Source: Ylistrum balloti | Taxonomy: Eukaryota | Assembly: GCF_031769215.1 (NCBI RefSeq) | Contig: NW_026781974.1 | Coordinates: forward strand, 62,001-126,000 | DNA: 64,000 bases | Direction: 5' to 3' | Shown: positions 12,176 through 25,060 of the stretch, piece by piece | How positions within the stretch are numbered: position 1 is the stretch's first letter | Layout of the letters: the number at the start of each line of letters is the position of its first letter | The notes under the pieces: generated by a model | The model's database searches: none | Told to the model about the DNA's origin: nothing | What the model saw: only the letters and a program-made list of their open reading frames with translations | Translations under genes and position numbers: made by a program

Positions 12176-14523
12176 CTTTCATTTTTTGTTTTCATCAATG
12201 AATATTGATTACAATTTCATAACGCTACCATTTTAGAGAGTTGGAGTATGGAGGGTTTGTTATCTTACATTGGTTACGTAACTGTTCCTCTATCAGGTTC
12301 TATACACTGGCTTTGTCACTTACATGCTCAATTTACCTGCACGAGATACTAATTGATTTTCTATGCTGTTTTAGTAGGTGGAGTTGGGGTGGGAGTTCGG
12401 TTATTGGTAGATGTATATATATGTTAGCGCTGGCTATCTGAACCATTACTATTTATCTTATGTTGGTATCACATGTCAATATCACATTGTAACATTTGAT
12501 TTTATCATAAAGTGGAAGATATTTCACATTTAAAGCATTCACATATCGAACTTTTTCTTAGGAGACACTGTAGAAAACGGGTTTACATAACACTATTCAT
12601 ACAGAATACCCTTCTATAAACTTTATAACATTTCTAAACGAGACGTACATAACTTTATTATTAGGGAATTAACGTCCTCTGTTATCGCCTTTAGGCCTTT
12701 CAGAGGACGTACATAATCGTTCAATTCTCTTTTATGCTGTGTGTTTAGACGGTGAACGCGAGAGTCGGTCTTGGCTTGTTTGCATAAGCCTCGAAATTCT
12801 AAAGAAGTTCAACGCAAACCTAGCGCAGTGTTAATCGTACAAGCCGCCAAGATTTTCTGCTTCAAGCCGCATTTTATGGTTTTGTCCGGATCCATAATTA
12901 GATAACTTTATGTTGTATTGCAGAGAACGGACTCTCGTCGTTCTATATACATGTATATGTATATTGTCACGCTAATTGAAATCAATACTATTTAGTTTTT
13001 AATAGTCGTTGATATTTTATCGACTATATCTACATGTATATGAACCTAGGTGTAATCGTGTTTTGAAATACAGACTACATTAACTAGTCAAATGTATTTT
13101 CATGTTTTCCTTGTAGCAGAGACGTATATATCAGTGTTATATATGTCTCTGCTTGTAGGTAATTTATTTGTTATCAATTTATTACCAAATGTGTAAAATT
13201 ATACACATGGTTGAACATATAATTGACTTTCTAATCACCTTTCTGTTGTTTAAAAAGAAATTTTGGCACGTAGAGAGCACTTCGCTTCAAAGTTATATCC
13301 CTTATTGTCTGTGTCTCTGTAATTCGTGGTAAGACTTTCGTTTAAACATGGACCACCCTTGTCCTGTGTACATGTATTTCGTTGTGAGGATATACTTACT
13401 GGTATGACATATAACAAAAGGTCTCATATTTATATCGGACAATACACACAGAACACCAGGCAATGTTTGCCTAGATATTCAACCGTCGGCTATATTTACC
13501 TGTAGTACACACATCGTTTACAACTAGAAGTTAGTTACTATACTATTCCGACTGAGTGACTTCTTTAAAATAATTTCAGATTAAGATTCATTAATATCGC
13601 TCTGTCATGTGAAAAAGAGGTCATTTTACAAAGTTAGATTTTCAACATGGCTAGTAAATTAAGTTCTGGTTAATTATATACATAGTAACACGTGTGTATT
13701 TAGATTACAACCCTTCTCTAGAATCTAATACATGTAGGTGATACACTCAGTTAACAAGTATATGTCTTCCCACTCGGCCATTATATCCTATTTCAGTATA
13801 GGACATCGGTATGTTGTGTCGGGGAGAGAACAATGGGTATTACTTACAGGTAAGGCTATAGTCTGTTTTAGGAAAGTGACCTATTCTCAGGTAACAATTT
13901 ACCTGTGGAATCATTTTGATTATATCTATCAGCTTTCTTTCTTTCTTTATTTTATTTTATTTAATTAACCTCAGATCATACATGACATATAAGGATTGAC
14001 ATAATTGCATTGATATACAACATAACGTAGTTAGCATGATATACCTGTATACATTGTACTAATTAATAACAAAGTAGTTTGGGTTATGTACTTGAAAAAT
14101 GCTTCATATCGATATATTAAGATGTATATATGTTATTGTTAAATTCTGAACGGCCCGTCAACACATGAAAGGTCATTAGGGCCATCAAACGGTAAAACAC
14201 ACAGGTAAAAGATGTATATATCTCAATTACAATTAAAATATTGATGGTCAACATTAAACCTTATATTCTAACATCATTTTCAAATACCACTTAGCAAAGA
14301 AACAGCATGAAATATGAATATGATTTTTAAACTTTAATGATATTACGATATACATGTTCAGTTCACATGTTCAATAGGATCAATATCTGATAGCACTAAA
14401 TATCTTTTAACACTATTTTAATTGTAGGCCACGCAGTTCTATGAGTTTATGTCCATTTTACATCACAAAATATTTCTGATAAGGGATAAAAATCAGCTTC
14501 CTACATGGATTAAAGTTGTTATC

Positions 14524-14682
14524 ATAATAAATGTGTTTTATCCAAAGGTGACTGTTCGGGAACGTCACAGGCATGTTGTTCAGCATGGCCACTGTTGCTG
14601 GACACTGGCGATCTACACATCTTCATTAACACCTATCATTACGTCTAGTCTTAACTGAATACTTGAATCCGTCTTGAACCAT
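14524..14682 (+). repeat. Left copy of long direct repeat flanking the LINE
   Basis: Matches 16226-16373 with 8 substitutions plus an 11-nt extra segment, and abuts the LINE 3' tail. Confidence 0.9.
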
Positions 14683-14683
14683 A

Positions 14684-16225
14684 TCAAATCAAATCAATTC
14701 AAATTTTTTATTCCACATATTAGGGATTTACAAAAGAAAATAGAAAAAGTAGACAAAACAAGTTTTTACATTTGATCCGTCATTTTAGCGTGATGAGTCC
14801 GCACAGTTATCTACTTAGTAAACACTTTACTTTCATGGCAAATGATTATCAGACGTCCCTGATATTGTGTATTTCATTTTGATAAAAATGTGTGAGCTGC
14901 TCGTCTTACGAATTTAGCACTGTCCATAAGAAATTGATGGTATTCTTCAACGCTTTCTAATATGTCTCTTGGAATAGGTTTTCCAAGAATCGTCCTGAGG
15001 AAATCTTCGTGCATGAGGTTATCGAAATAGAGAAATAATGGTATACCGTATTTGTCTGTTATCAATGTCATGTATACATCCCGAATGACAGCTGTATCCC
15101 GACAAACAGTAACATAATGTAAAATAGGATCTATATAGAGCGTATTACATAGTCCATACTGCTCCTCTGACCACTTAGGGGAACACGTGACCATCTTACA
15201 GGCAAACTTGATTATTGAGAGATCTTTTGAAGTTTTTGGTATTTTCCACATTACATATGGAGTCGTATATGTGTTGTGTATGTCTCTATACCGCAGAAAA
15301 TCTGGATCTTGTTTTAGTCTTTGGTTGAGGAGAGCGTCCTCAGTTTTCATTATTGCATTATTAACAATCCTTTTCCATTTGAGTTTTGACGGGAAACTGT
15401 AGTTTCTTGTGTAATCTCGAAGATACTGTTGCAAGTTATATTTGCACAGATTGGCCCAGATGTCAGTTATAAATCCTAGTTGGTTGTTCACTGGGCTTTG
15501 TAAGAACTGGTATAACCGCCGAAGAAATATACGTTTTGATAGAGTATTGGACTCTAGACGTATTAAGGTAGACAGGAAGTTTAGCTTCCTTTTGTCGATT
15601 TGCGATGACAATCTAGAAAGGCCTAACATAGATTCACACATATCGGATCTTGCTAATTTCCGGAAACATTGGGTTCGTTTCGCAATAGTGTGTTGCAATA
15701 CACTTATATATTGCAGGTCCTTCTGAGACATTTTAGACCAAAATTCAGACCCGTAAAGTACACTTGGAATTATAGCTTTCTTGTACAACTCCGATGTTTT
15801 TAATGGATTCGTCAGCTCACAGTCTTGTCCAGATTTGGTTACAAGATTGAAACAGTTTCTTCCTTTATTACAGCCATTTTCTACAGCTAACTTGCATTTA
15901 AGATCTGTAGAGATAATAACACCGACATGTTTGTGTGACTGTGAGGACTTCAAGTTTTGTCTCATAAGTGACCATTTGAAATTAATATTTCGTTTCCGTC
16001 CATTATCGAACACAAGAACCGTACTTTTGTCCGCATTGTATGCGAATTTCCATACCTCTGCATATCTCGTACAAATGTCTAGAAGCGTTTGTAATGCTAG
16101 GAGACTGGTTGCAATTAAAGCAATGTCGTCTGCAAGGGCTGGATTGCAACTATTTATGTCGTAGATCTTGGCTCCTACTCGGCTTTGTTCCAACTCCAGG
16201 AGAAGGTCATTGATAAAAACAAGGT
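14684..16225 (-). mobile_element. 5'-truncated non-LTR retrotransposon (RTE-X-like LINE), RT C-terminal half, 3' UTR and microsatellite tail
   Basis: ORF 14874..16334(-) contains LYLVFINDLL, PALADDIALIA, NADKS and HKHVGV (RT domains) and a C-terminal Cys/His remnant (LCNTLYIDPILHYVTVC). The 3' UTR ends AATAAAAAATTTGAATTGATTTGATTTGA on the minus strand. The clade assignment is inference. Confidence 0.9.
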
Positions 16226-16373
16226 ATAATAAATGTGTTTTATCCAAAGGTGAATGTTCGAGAACGTCACAGGGATGTTGTTCAGTATGGCCACTGTTGC
16301 TTGACACTGCCGATCTACACATCTTCATCAACACTTATCATTACGTCTAGTCTTAACTGAATACTTGAACCAT
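16226..16373 (+). repeat. Right copy of long direct repeat flanking the LINE
   Basis: ATAATAAATGTG...TACTTGAACCAT abuts the truncated 5' end of the LINE. It supplies the non-RT N-terminus of the predicted 486-aa ORF. Confidence 0.9.
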
Positions 16374-16814
16374 CTGGAACCAAATATTTCCACCTCTACC
16401 ATTTTCCAGAAAATCTACTCTTGCTTGTGCATTAGCCATATCATATAGATAAAGGTAGACAGTTCTAACGTCAAATATCTTATAACTTTATAACAATAGT
16501 AGTGAAAAGAAACAAAGATAATTATTGATGCCAGGTAAATAATTATTTACTCACATCTTGAGTGAATAATACACAATAGTTTCTATGTCGAGAATAATTT
16601 TGTTTTACTTTTATAATCAATGTTTTTATAAACCAGGATAATGACACTCACAAAGCAATATATGGAGAAACAATTCATAAAAAACTGTTTATGTTGAAAC
16701 AACATAATAAAGAATAGTGACACTATGTAATTATGATTATGTTTCTGTTGTGTTAACCACTAGCTGTCTTCATACATACGGTATATATATCTGTTTATGG
16801 AAATATTTAAACAT

Positions 16815-17290
16815 TTTTTATTTCCTTGCATTTACGATCGGTTACAGTCCCATACATGAAGTATAGAAACGGGCAGATGTAACGATATTCCCAGAGGTAT
16901 TGTCCTCGTTGGAAGTAATTACATCGAGGATGAAATTCATTTCATATTATTATGTCCAGTTTATTCAGAGCTCAGAATCAAATACATTAAACCCTGTTAC
17001 TTCCGTCGTCCGTATGTCTTCAAATTCATACAACTATTGTCCTGAAAAAATGGGATGTGTTTGAGAAATTTTAGATATTTTACGTCTTAAAGAATGTCTC
17101 TTCTTATCATCTAATCAAATGGTATATTTTCTAGCTTAATCCTACTGTAAATCACTGTATATGTTCACTGATACACGTATGTTGATGACGTTGTAATGTT
17201 CTCCCTCATCTTGCTGTAATGAAATGTAATATTATTTATGATAACTTTGTAATCCTATATGCCATTCGCGTTTGGAATAAGGAAATTTAA
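16815..17290 (+). mobile_element. 3'-terminal fragment of a second LINE (RTE-X/CR1-like ORF2 C-terminus and 3' UTR)
   Basis: Reads IETGRCNDIPR..IEDEIHFILLCPVYSELRIKYIKPCYFRRPYVFKFIQLLS*, the typical C-terminal zinc-binding tail of such LINE ORF2 proteins. It is in the opposite orientation to the first LINE and unrelated in sequence. Confidence 0.75.
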
Positions 17291-19725
17291 CTTTTCCTTT
17301 GTACAAGTTTCTAAAAGCATGTTTATAGTTGACCAGGTGTATTATGCTTGTAAGTATTGAAATATTCTTTATTTTTGTCCAGGTGAATACAAGAACCACA
17401 GGTATTTTTTTAAGATGTTGGTTGAGTGGGAATGAACCATCGTACTAAACATATTTCGGTCTATTTTTAATCCGTACAATGGAGTTAGTTGCGCTTAATT
17501 ACTTCTTGCGTTTTTTAAACTGAACTTAATAGTATTTTTACAATAGAATGTGGGTTTTAATCATTATCAGACTTCGAATCGATTTTCTTAAACATACGAT
17601 ACACAAAATGAAGACTTTATGAGTGCACATAGATTAAATGTTTTTTTGTCGGTTAGATGATACCTGATAACGGTGGTCGCGTTGAGCGAAATCCTTTACA
17701 AATGTTAACATATACGTTCCTGTTTTGAAAATATTGTCTACTTTCCTATCTTTTTTTTAATTGCGGTTCCTATGACCTGTATATGATTGACTAAAGTGAT
17801 TGATTTTTTTCTCTGATATTTGAAAAGTTGCGTTGTAATACTGCAAATCAAAAAGGAATGCCTCACAATTACTATTGAATAGTCACCTCAATTAAAATTG
17901 AATACTCACTACATAAACGGGGCTGTTATACCTTTGTATACTTCTGTACTGATCTTTGGAATTAAGTTTCCTCTGGGGGTTTAACTGTCCTCCTGCAGAA
18001 CGCAGAGAAGTTCTATAAACGTCTGTGCAGTGTCTGACTAAGAGAAACATTTATGATATAGGCTATACTGTTCGGTACCAACTCTTGTTATATATGACAT
18101 CCGTGTCTTGACATGAGAACCAATTAAATCGTACTGTTGTAATATATCATAAATTCCCTTCATTTTCATGTGGACGGGGAATATAGTATTTTCAATGTCC
18201 GTCCCACCATGTCCCGGTCCGAATCTATGTTATATTTTGATATTCGTTCATATGTCTTCAATATCATAACATCAAGTTCTATACACTCTCATATTAAGGT
18301 GTTCGTTGGCTCAGATTAAAGGGTCAAATGTCAAGTTTGAAAAAAAATTCTACAAACCCAAGGAAGAATGATGAATACTTTCACGTCTTAAATCATGATA
18401 ATAAATGTGACGCCATGCGGACAACTATCGGGCATTTTCTATGGAACTAAACGGAAGCCGAATATAAAATAAATTGCATACTCCTTAGAACACCTAAACA
18501 AAACATTAATTATCATTCTACCATGAGGTCATCTAATCAGTTGGAAGGATAGAACAATTTTGTTCCGATCTTTTTTTATAGACATAAGGAATCAACATTA
18601 CGAACGAGATAGTGTTGGGTTCACTTTTTGTTCGAAATCGTATAATTGGGTGCACACGACCAACACACCCCTCTCTATTACAAATATATGTATATAAACA
18701 TATCACATACCATTGTTATTGTGCAGCGGAGCAGTAATGTAATTTTTTAAAGTAATGGACACTATACCCTGAAGTACAATGCATGTTGACATTGCTCTTT
18801 GTCTATCTGATGTGTCGTCTCGTGAAGTAGTGAGTCAGCTGTCGTTTATTTAATGTTAACACCTATGTGTAATATGCTTGAATAATGCTTATTTAAGAGA
18901 ACGACATTTAAAAAATCTTATTGAGAGAAATAAGATTTATTCTATATTCGAAAACAAATATGATTAAAGATAAAAATGGAACTAATTTTCAAATATTTTA
19001 TTGCGATATTGCGTGTGTTGAAATTTCAGTCAGAAGTTATGACACAAAATGTTTTACCCAGTATCATAGTATTATTTCTCCAAAAATGAAATCTACATGT
19101 AAATGTACCCATGGCGGCTTGTTTCTCAGGAAACTGAGACACGGACCGGTCTGTGCTAGCGTGGTTGTGTCTGCTTTGGATGGCATGCGGCGGGACTCCC
19201 GTATGTTGTTCACGAGTAACAACCGGCTGCTACACAGGAACGATAAACGTGGCAAACAAACCTGTTTGATTGGTTTTTTGGTAAATTAATTTCAAACACG
19301 TTTAATGTGCCCCTGCAGTATTTTCTTTGGTCTGATTGCCAATTTTCATGTACAATTGAAATGTTTTGTGAAATAAGGTATGTAAGTATCAAGTTATCCC
19401 CCTTTTTTCTTGAAGAAAGGGGGGTTTCTTGGGAGGTATTGCGTTTCAACACCTAGGGATTATGTAAATACTGTTATAAGTTGATGATTCATTGATAACG
19501 ATGATTTTCATCTTTTACAGGTTTACTCGTCGTTTTTAAAAGGAAAAGAGGACGAGTTTCAGACCAAAAGGAAGAACACCGTGGATTTGGGAAGTTTCAA
19601 ATCTCTCGCGAGATTACAGAACTACTACATTTGCTATTATATGGATTCTTTTATTCATTTCTTATCTACTTCGTTGGATTTATCTTAACCATAAACACGT
19701 GCCATTACATTTTCACAGTTACACC

Positions 19726-21720
19726 ATGAAAATATTGGGCATGAGTTCTCGTTATTTCGGAATGTTTGGTGTACGCCATATAAAAAAAATGGTAGCTCTA
19801 ACGTTCTTTGGTGGATTTTGTATGGTATATAGCTACTTTAAATATTTTCAGGAGCCCCTCTATGTGTTCATGCACAATGATATACATAGCCAGTGTGTTT
19901 TGCCTAATATTGATCCTAACGATCCTACTATCATGAAATTCTACAACTGGCATCCTCCCCCACTAGTATGTGATCCCAACCCAACGCTTACTTTCGTGGA
20001 CGATTCTGGACTTTTGAGATTTAACGAAAGTGTATACGATCCTTCCAAAACCGACGGAAAATTAAATTGTGTTTACAGTATTGTTACTCTAGTCAATGAT
20101 TTCAAAGTAAAATTCGAACCCGAAACCGCTATTGAAGGACCCGTTGACGTGCCAGCGGATGCTTTTGTTGTACGATGTCGAAATCCATCTGGACAAATTG
20201 TCTATGAAAACGTTCACCAGAAAATAGACAGAAAATCCAAAGAGAAAACAAAGGAAATAAAAGACGAAAGTGATGACAATCTCAGCGTACTAATGTTTGG
20301 AATAGATTCTGTTTCAAGGTTAGCAGCTATTCGGAAGCTGCCTAAGACAGTGAAATATATAAAAGAAACTCTCGGAGGTTTTGTATTTCAGGGATACAAC
20401 AAAGTAGGCGATCATACATTTCCAAATCTTTTGGCACTACTCTGTGGGAAAACCCAGTTTGGATTTGAAGATGTCGATCTAGACAAAGATTTCGCCGACA
20501 ATTATCCCTTTATTTGGTACGAGTTTGAGAAGAAAGGGTATGTTACTCTACATGGCGAAGACTGGCCAGAAATCGCTACTATCAACCAGGTGATGAAGGC
20601 GGGATTTGAAAAACCACCAACCACTCATTACAGCCGTTCCTATTGGCTGGCGATGAGGAAAATTCAACCAATGCAATACACGATTGACCAGGTGTTCATG
20701 TTTCTTGAATCCAAGGCAATGAAACTACGGAAGTCCTCGTCTCTTTGTTATGGCAACCGTCCCAACCATATGTTGATAGTGGATCATTTCAAACAGTTTG
20801 TACATACATACAAAGGGAAAAGAAAATTTGCGTTTACATGGCTTAACGAACTGGCTCACAATTATGTTAATTTTCTAGAATACGGTGACAATGACTTTAT
20901 GGAATTTGTGAAATGGTTACATCTTGAAGGTCATTTAAACAAAACTGTGTTGCTTTTCTTTAGTGATCATGGTTCAAGAGTTGACGAAATACGTAACACA
21001 TACATTGGACGTATAGAAGATAGAATGCCATTTGTTTCTATAGTGATTCCAGAAGTTTTAAAAAAGAAGTACCCGGCCATTGTTGAAAATTTACGAGCAA
21101 ATGAACAAAGACTTACAACAACTTTTGATACATATTCAGCGTTACGTGATGTGTTAAATAATAAATATGAAAATTTGACGGATGAAGTCCGGACCGACAC
21201 GCCACAAGCTGTGAGTATATTCAAGCGTATTCCTAAAGTTCGCTCATGCGCAGATGCAAAGATTCCTGAACATTATTGCGCGTGTTATTCATCCCAAGCC
21301 GTTAACAAAACAAAACCAATTCTGAAAGTTATTGCTAATTTCGTACTACAGAATATAAATGATTTCTTACTTCCGGTACGGAACAAGTGTGCCAGATTAT
21401 CTGTAGCCTCAATCATGGAGGCAAGAATTGTTAAAAATAATCTAGAACGAAAAGCAGACCAGGAAATTAAGTTTACATTGAGGAATTGGATATCTTCTCC
21501 AGAACAACGGGACAACACGAAATATCTTATTTACATCAGGACCACGCCCGGAAATGCCACGTTCGAGGCTTCCGTCTTAAGAAGTCCGAACGGCAATATG
21601 AAAATAATGGACGATATCAGCAGGACTAATCGTTATGGTAACCAGTCTGCGTGTGTCGCAGACAGATTCCTTAAAGGCTACTGCTTCTGTACTGTGGATG
21701 AAGTGGCTACTGTTATATAA
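19726..21720 (+). CDS. DUF229 family protein (alkaline phosphatase/sulfatase-like superfamily), type II membrane, single coding exon
   Basis: Uninterrupted ORF with ATG at 19726 in ACACCATGA. N-terminal TM segment (VALTFFGGFCMVYSYF), then QCVLP..DP, SVLMFGIDSVSR, GYNKVGDHTFPNL, FFSDHGSR, EDRMPF, SCADAKIPEHYCAC, SRTNRYGNQSAC and YCFC, all characteristic of DUF229. Confidence 0.93.
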   Translation: MKILGMSSRYFGMFGVRHIKKMVALTFFGGFCMVYSYFKYFQEPLYVFMHNDIHSQCVLPNIDPNDPTIMKFYNWHPPPLVCDPNPTLTFVDDSGLLRFNESVYDPSKTDGKLNCVYSIVTLVNDFKVKFEPETAIEGPVDVPADAFVVRCRNPSGQIVYENVHQKIDRKSKEKTKEIKDESDDNLSVLMFGIDSVSRLAAIRKLPKTVKYIKETLGGFVFQGYNKVGDHTFPNLLALLCGKTQFGFEDVDLDKDFADNYPFIWYEFEKKGYVTLHGEDWPEIATINQVMKAGFEKPPTTHYSRSYWLAMRKIQPMQYTIDQVFMFLESKAMKLRKSSSLCYGNRPNHMLIVDHFKQFVHTYKGKRKFAFTWLNELAHNYVNFLEYGDNDFMEFVKWLHLEGHLNKTVLLFFSDHGSRVDEIRNTYIGRIEDRMPFVSIVIPEVLKKKYPAIVENLRANEQRLTTTFDTYSALRDVLNNKYENLTDEVRTDTPQAVSIFKRIPKVRSCADAKIPEHYCACYSSQAVNKTKPILKVIANFVLQNINDFLLPVRNKCARLSVASIMEARIVKNNLERKADQEIKFTLRNWISSPEQRDNTKYLIYIRTTPGNATFEASVLRSPNGNMKIMDDISRTNRYGNQSACVADRFLKGYCFCTVDEVATVI

Positions 21721-21796
21721 ATGTGTTCTCTCGTAACATCATAATTTAGGACTAACAAATTGAATCATATTATCTTGTCAAAAAGATCTGATGTAA

Positions 21797-22712
21797 TCTG
21801 ACACATTATATTTGACACACCGCATTAGTCAGGAGAAAACCCTCTATTCTGACACATTATATTTGACACACCGCATTGATCAGGAGAAAACTGTCTATTC
21901 TGACACATTATATTTGACACACCGCATTAGTCAGGAGAAAACTGTCTATTCTGACACATTATATTTGACACACCGCATTAGTTGGAAGAAAACTGTCTAT
22001 TCTGACACATTATATTTGACACACCGCATTAGTTGGAAGAAAACTGTCTATTCTGACACATTATATTTGACACACCGCATTAGTTGGAAGAAAACTGTCT
22101 ATTCTGACACATTATATTTGACACACCGCATTAGGTGGAAGAAAACTGTCTATTCTGACACATTATATTTGACACACCGCATTAGTTGGAAGAAAACTGT
22201 CTATTCTGACACATTATATTTGACACACCGCATTAGTTGGAAGAAAACTGTCTATTCTGACACATTATATTTGACACACCGCATTAGTCAGGAGAAAACT
22301 GTCTATTCTGACACATTATATTTGACACACCGCATTAGTCAGGAGAAAACTGTCTATTCTGACACATTATAATTGACACACCGCATTAGTTGGAAGAAAA
22401 CTGTCTATTCTGACACATTATATTTGACACACCGCATTAGTTGGAAGAAACTGTCTATTCTGACACATTATATTTGACACACCGCATTAGTTGGAAGAAA
22501 ACTGTCTATTCTGACACATTATATTTGACACACCGCATTAGTCAGGAGAAAACTGTCTATTCTGACACATTATATTTGACACACCGCATTGATCAGGAGA
22601 AAACTGTCTATTCTGACACATTATATTTGACACACCGCATTAATCAGGAGAAAACTGTCTATTCTGACACATTATATTTGACACACCACATTAATCAGAA
22701 AAAAAACTGTCT
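21797..22712. repeat. 51-bp minisatellite (~18 copies) just 3' of the DUF229 stop
   Basis: Unit TCTGACACATTATATTTGACACACCGCATTAGT(CAGG/TGGA)AGAAAACTGTCTAT. The 17-aa repeat ORFs are a by-product. Confidence 0.95.
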
Positions 22713-24133
22713 TATCTGGTCGGATAACCGTTTCTAGTCTGACAACCTGTAGGACAAATATTTCTCGTATTTACACGCTATTTCAGAATACATACAGAAA
22801 CCTGTTTCACTTTCGGTCGTTTTCAATAGAAATTAGATCTGAGCGTGCTGTCCTACGTCGTATAAGATGTGATGTTTGCAATTAGATGTCAGTTATATAT
22901 GATCAATTATAATTGACGCTTATTGTTGTCTGGAACGACTCTTTCGGAGCAATATCAAATTTGGAGTGAATTGTAGCAAAATGAACTTAATTTACGCGAA
23001 TAGTAACACAATTGGATTTTTCTCTCCGACAGTTGACCCCAAGTTCATGCACGAATCACGGAAATATGGAATAAAGTTCACCAAAAATATTTCAAGGCAT
23101 CAAACAAATAACACATTACACGCATATTTTACTTACCTTGCTATGAAGAAAGGTTGTCGTATTTTGAAATCTCTATCCTGCGGAGAAGACGCCAAGTCCT
23201 TGGCGCTTTTTCATATATGACGTAAATACTTTTACCCTTCATCAAACTGTCAGATGACAAACATAAAAACATCGCCAGTTGTAAGACGATCATTTTTGTC
23301 ATTATATATATTTTTTCTTTGCGATTTTCCGTATCTGTTAGATACACGTAAAGAAACTTTATAACTATGAAGCATGAGAATAAAGACCATGCCTGTTTGT
23401 ATTCTAATGGCTAGATAAAACTTGAAAGGGACAATGGTATAAATACCATTAACAGGTTATCGAAACAGTGCTATGTTGATACATGAAACTATAGCTATCA
23501 TATGTTTATCATAAACATGAAGTTATTCAAATTGTCATATTATCTGGCATAACATTTATAATTCACTCTAATGTATCGAAGTGACCTCCCTTAGAAATGT
23601 TAGACAGAGATGGTGAAGCTCCTAAGCGTTTATCTCGTGTACGTGGTTCACACAAACTATGTACTGTATTGGCTTTCATAATTGGTATGTTTTAATGAGA
23701 TCATGTTGACGTGCAAAATATTTTTCATACACTAGTCTACGTTTTGTTTTCTGTTCAAATGGGTTTTTTTGTATGTTGATATCTTAATGAGGAATTTTAT
23801 TACTAAAGGGTGTTTACCCAATAATCATTTACTTGTACTGCCAAATACCACATATCTGATAATGACACTCAGAATCCTTTCCCACTGATAACTTGTTAAT
23901 TTTAATTATTTATGTACTTTTCTTTTGAGTTATTTAACAAATTGGTAATGTTGGTATTCATGACGATTCGTCAGATGTGTGAATTGATATATGGAATGTT
24001 TATGACATTATGTTTTACCAAAAGTAGTAATGAAAAAGGATTTATAAAAGAAACGCTGATAGACGTGGTATTCATGTCATTAAAGGCCAATAGACTGATA
24101 GTTGATGTGAAGAGCACTTCACCGTTAGTAAAT

Positions 24134-25060
24134 TGAAAAGAATTTCACGATTGAAATATAAGTAGAGTGAAAAGTGTTTAACTGAAAAAATGTAAAAAAA
24201 AAAAAATCCATTGATGAAATTTAAGTCCAGTGAAAAGAATTCCACTCATGGAATGTAAGTAGAGCGAAAAGAATTTCACTCATGGAATGTAATTAGAGCG
24301 AAAAGAATTTCACTCATGGAATGTAAGTAGAGCGAAAAGAATTTCACTCATGGAATGTAAGTAGAGCGAAAAGAATTTCACTCATGGAATGTAAGTAGAG
24401 CGAAAAGAATTTCACTCATGGAATGTAAGTAGAGTGAAAAGAATTTCACTCATGGAATGTAATTAGAGCGAAAAGAATTCCACGGATGGAATGTAAGTAG
24501 AGCGAAAAGAATTTCACTCATGGAATGTAATTAGAGCGAAAAGAATTCTACGGATGGAATGTAAGTAGAGCGAAAAGAATTTCACTCATGGAATGTAATT
24601 AGAGCGAAAAGAATTTCACTGATGGCATGTAAGTAGAGCGAAAAGAATTTCACTCATGGAATGTAATTAGAGCGAAAAGAATTTCACTGTTGAAATGGAA
24701 GTAGAGTGAAAAGAATTTCACTGTTGAAATGGAAGTGGAGTGAAAAGAATTTCACTGATGGAATGTAAGTAGAGCGAAAAGAATTTCACTGATGGAATGT
24801 AATTAGAGCGAAAAGAATTTCACTGATGGCATGTAAGTAGAGCGAAAAGAATTTCACTCATGGAATGTAATTAGAGCGAAAAGAATTTCACTGTTGAAAT
24901 GGAAGTAGAGTGAAAAGAATTTCACTGTTGAAATGGAAGTAGAGTGAAAAGAATTTCACTGTTGAAATGGAAGTGGAGTGAAAAGAATTTCACTGATGGA
25001 ATGTAAGTAGAGCGAAAAGAATTTCACTGATGGAATGTAAGTAGAGCGAAAATAAATTAA
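24134..25060. repeat. 34-bp minisatellite (~27 copies)
   Basis: Unit GTAGAGCGAAAAGAATTTCACTCATGGAATGTAA, for example at 24361 and 24395. It is unrelated to the 34-mer at 7.5-9 kb. Confidence 0.95.

Noticed and set aside
12672-12710. 10-bp hairpin ACGTCCTCTG/CAGAGGACGT as a terminator or Helitron end
   Set aside because: No U-tract and no CTRR terminus; an isolated short stem is expected by chance or as repeat debris.
17383-17401. Possible 19-nt micro-exon (CAG|...|GTATTT)
   Set aside because: Splice signals alone, with no homology or frame constraint to support it.
21812-22737. 17-aa repeat ORFs as a read-through extension of DUF229
   Set aside because: Different reading frame from the DUF229 CDS and non-ATG starts; a simple consequence of a 51-bp unit.
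23190-23210. Stem-loop CGCCAAG/CTTGGCG followed by T-run as a Helentron 3' end or intrinsic terminator
   Set aside because: No matching subterminal inverted repeat found upstream; bacterial terminators are irrelevant here.
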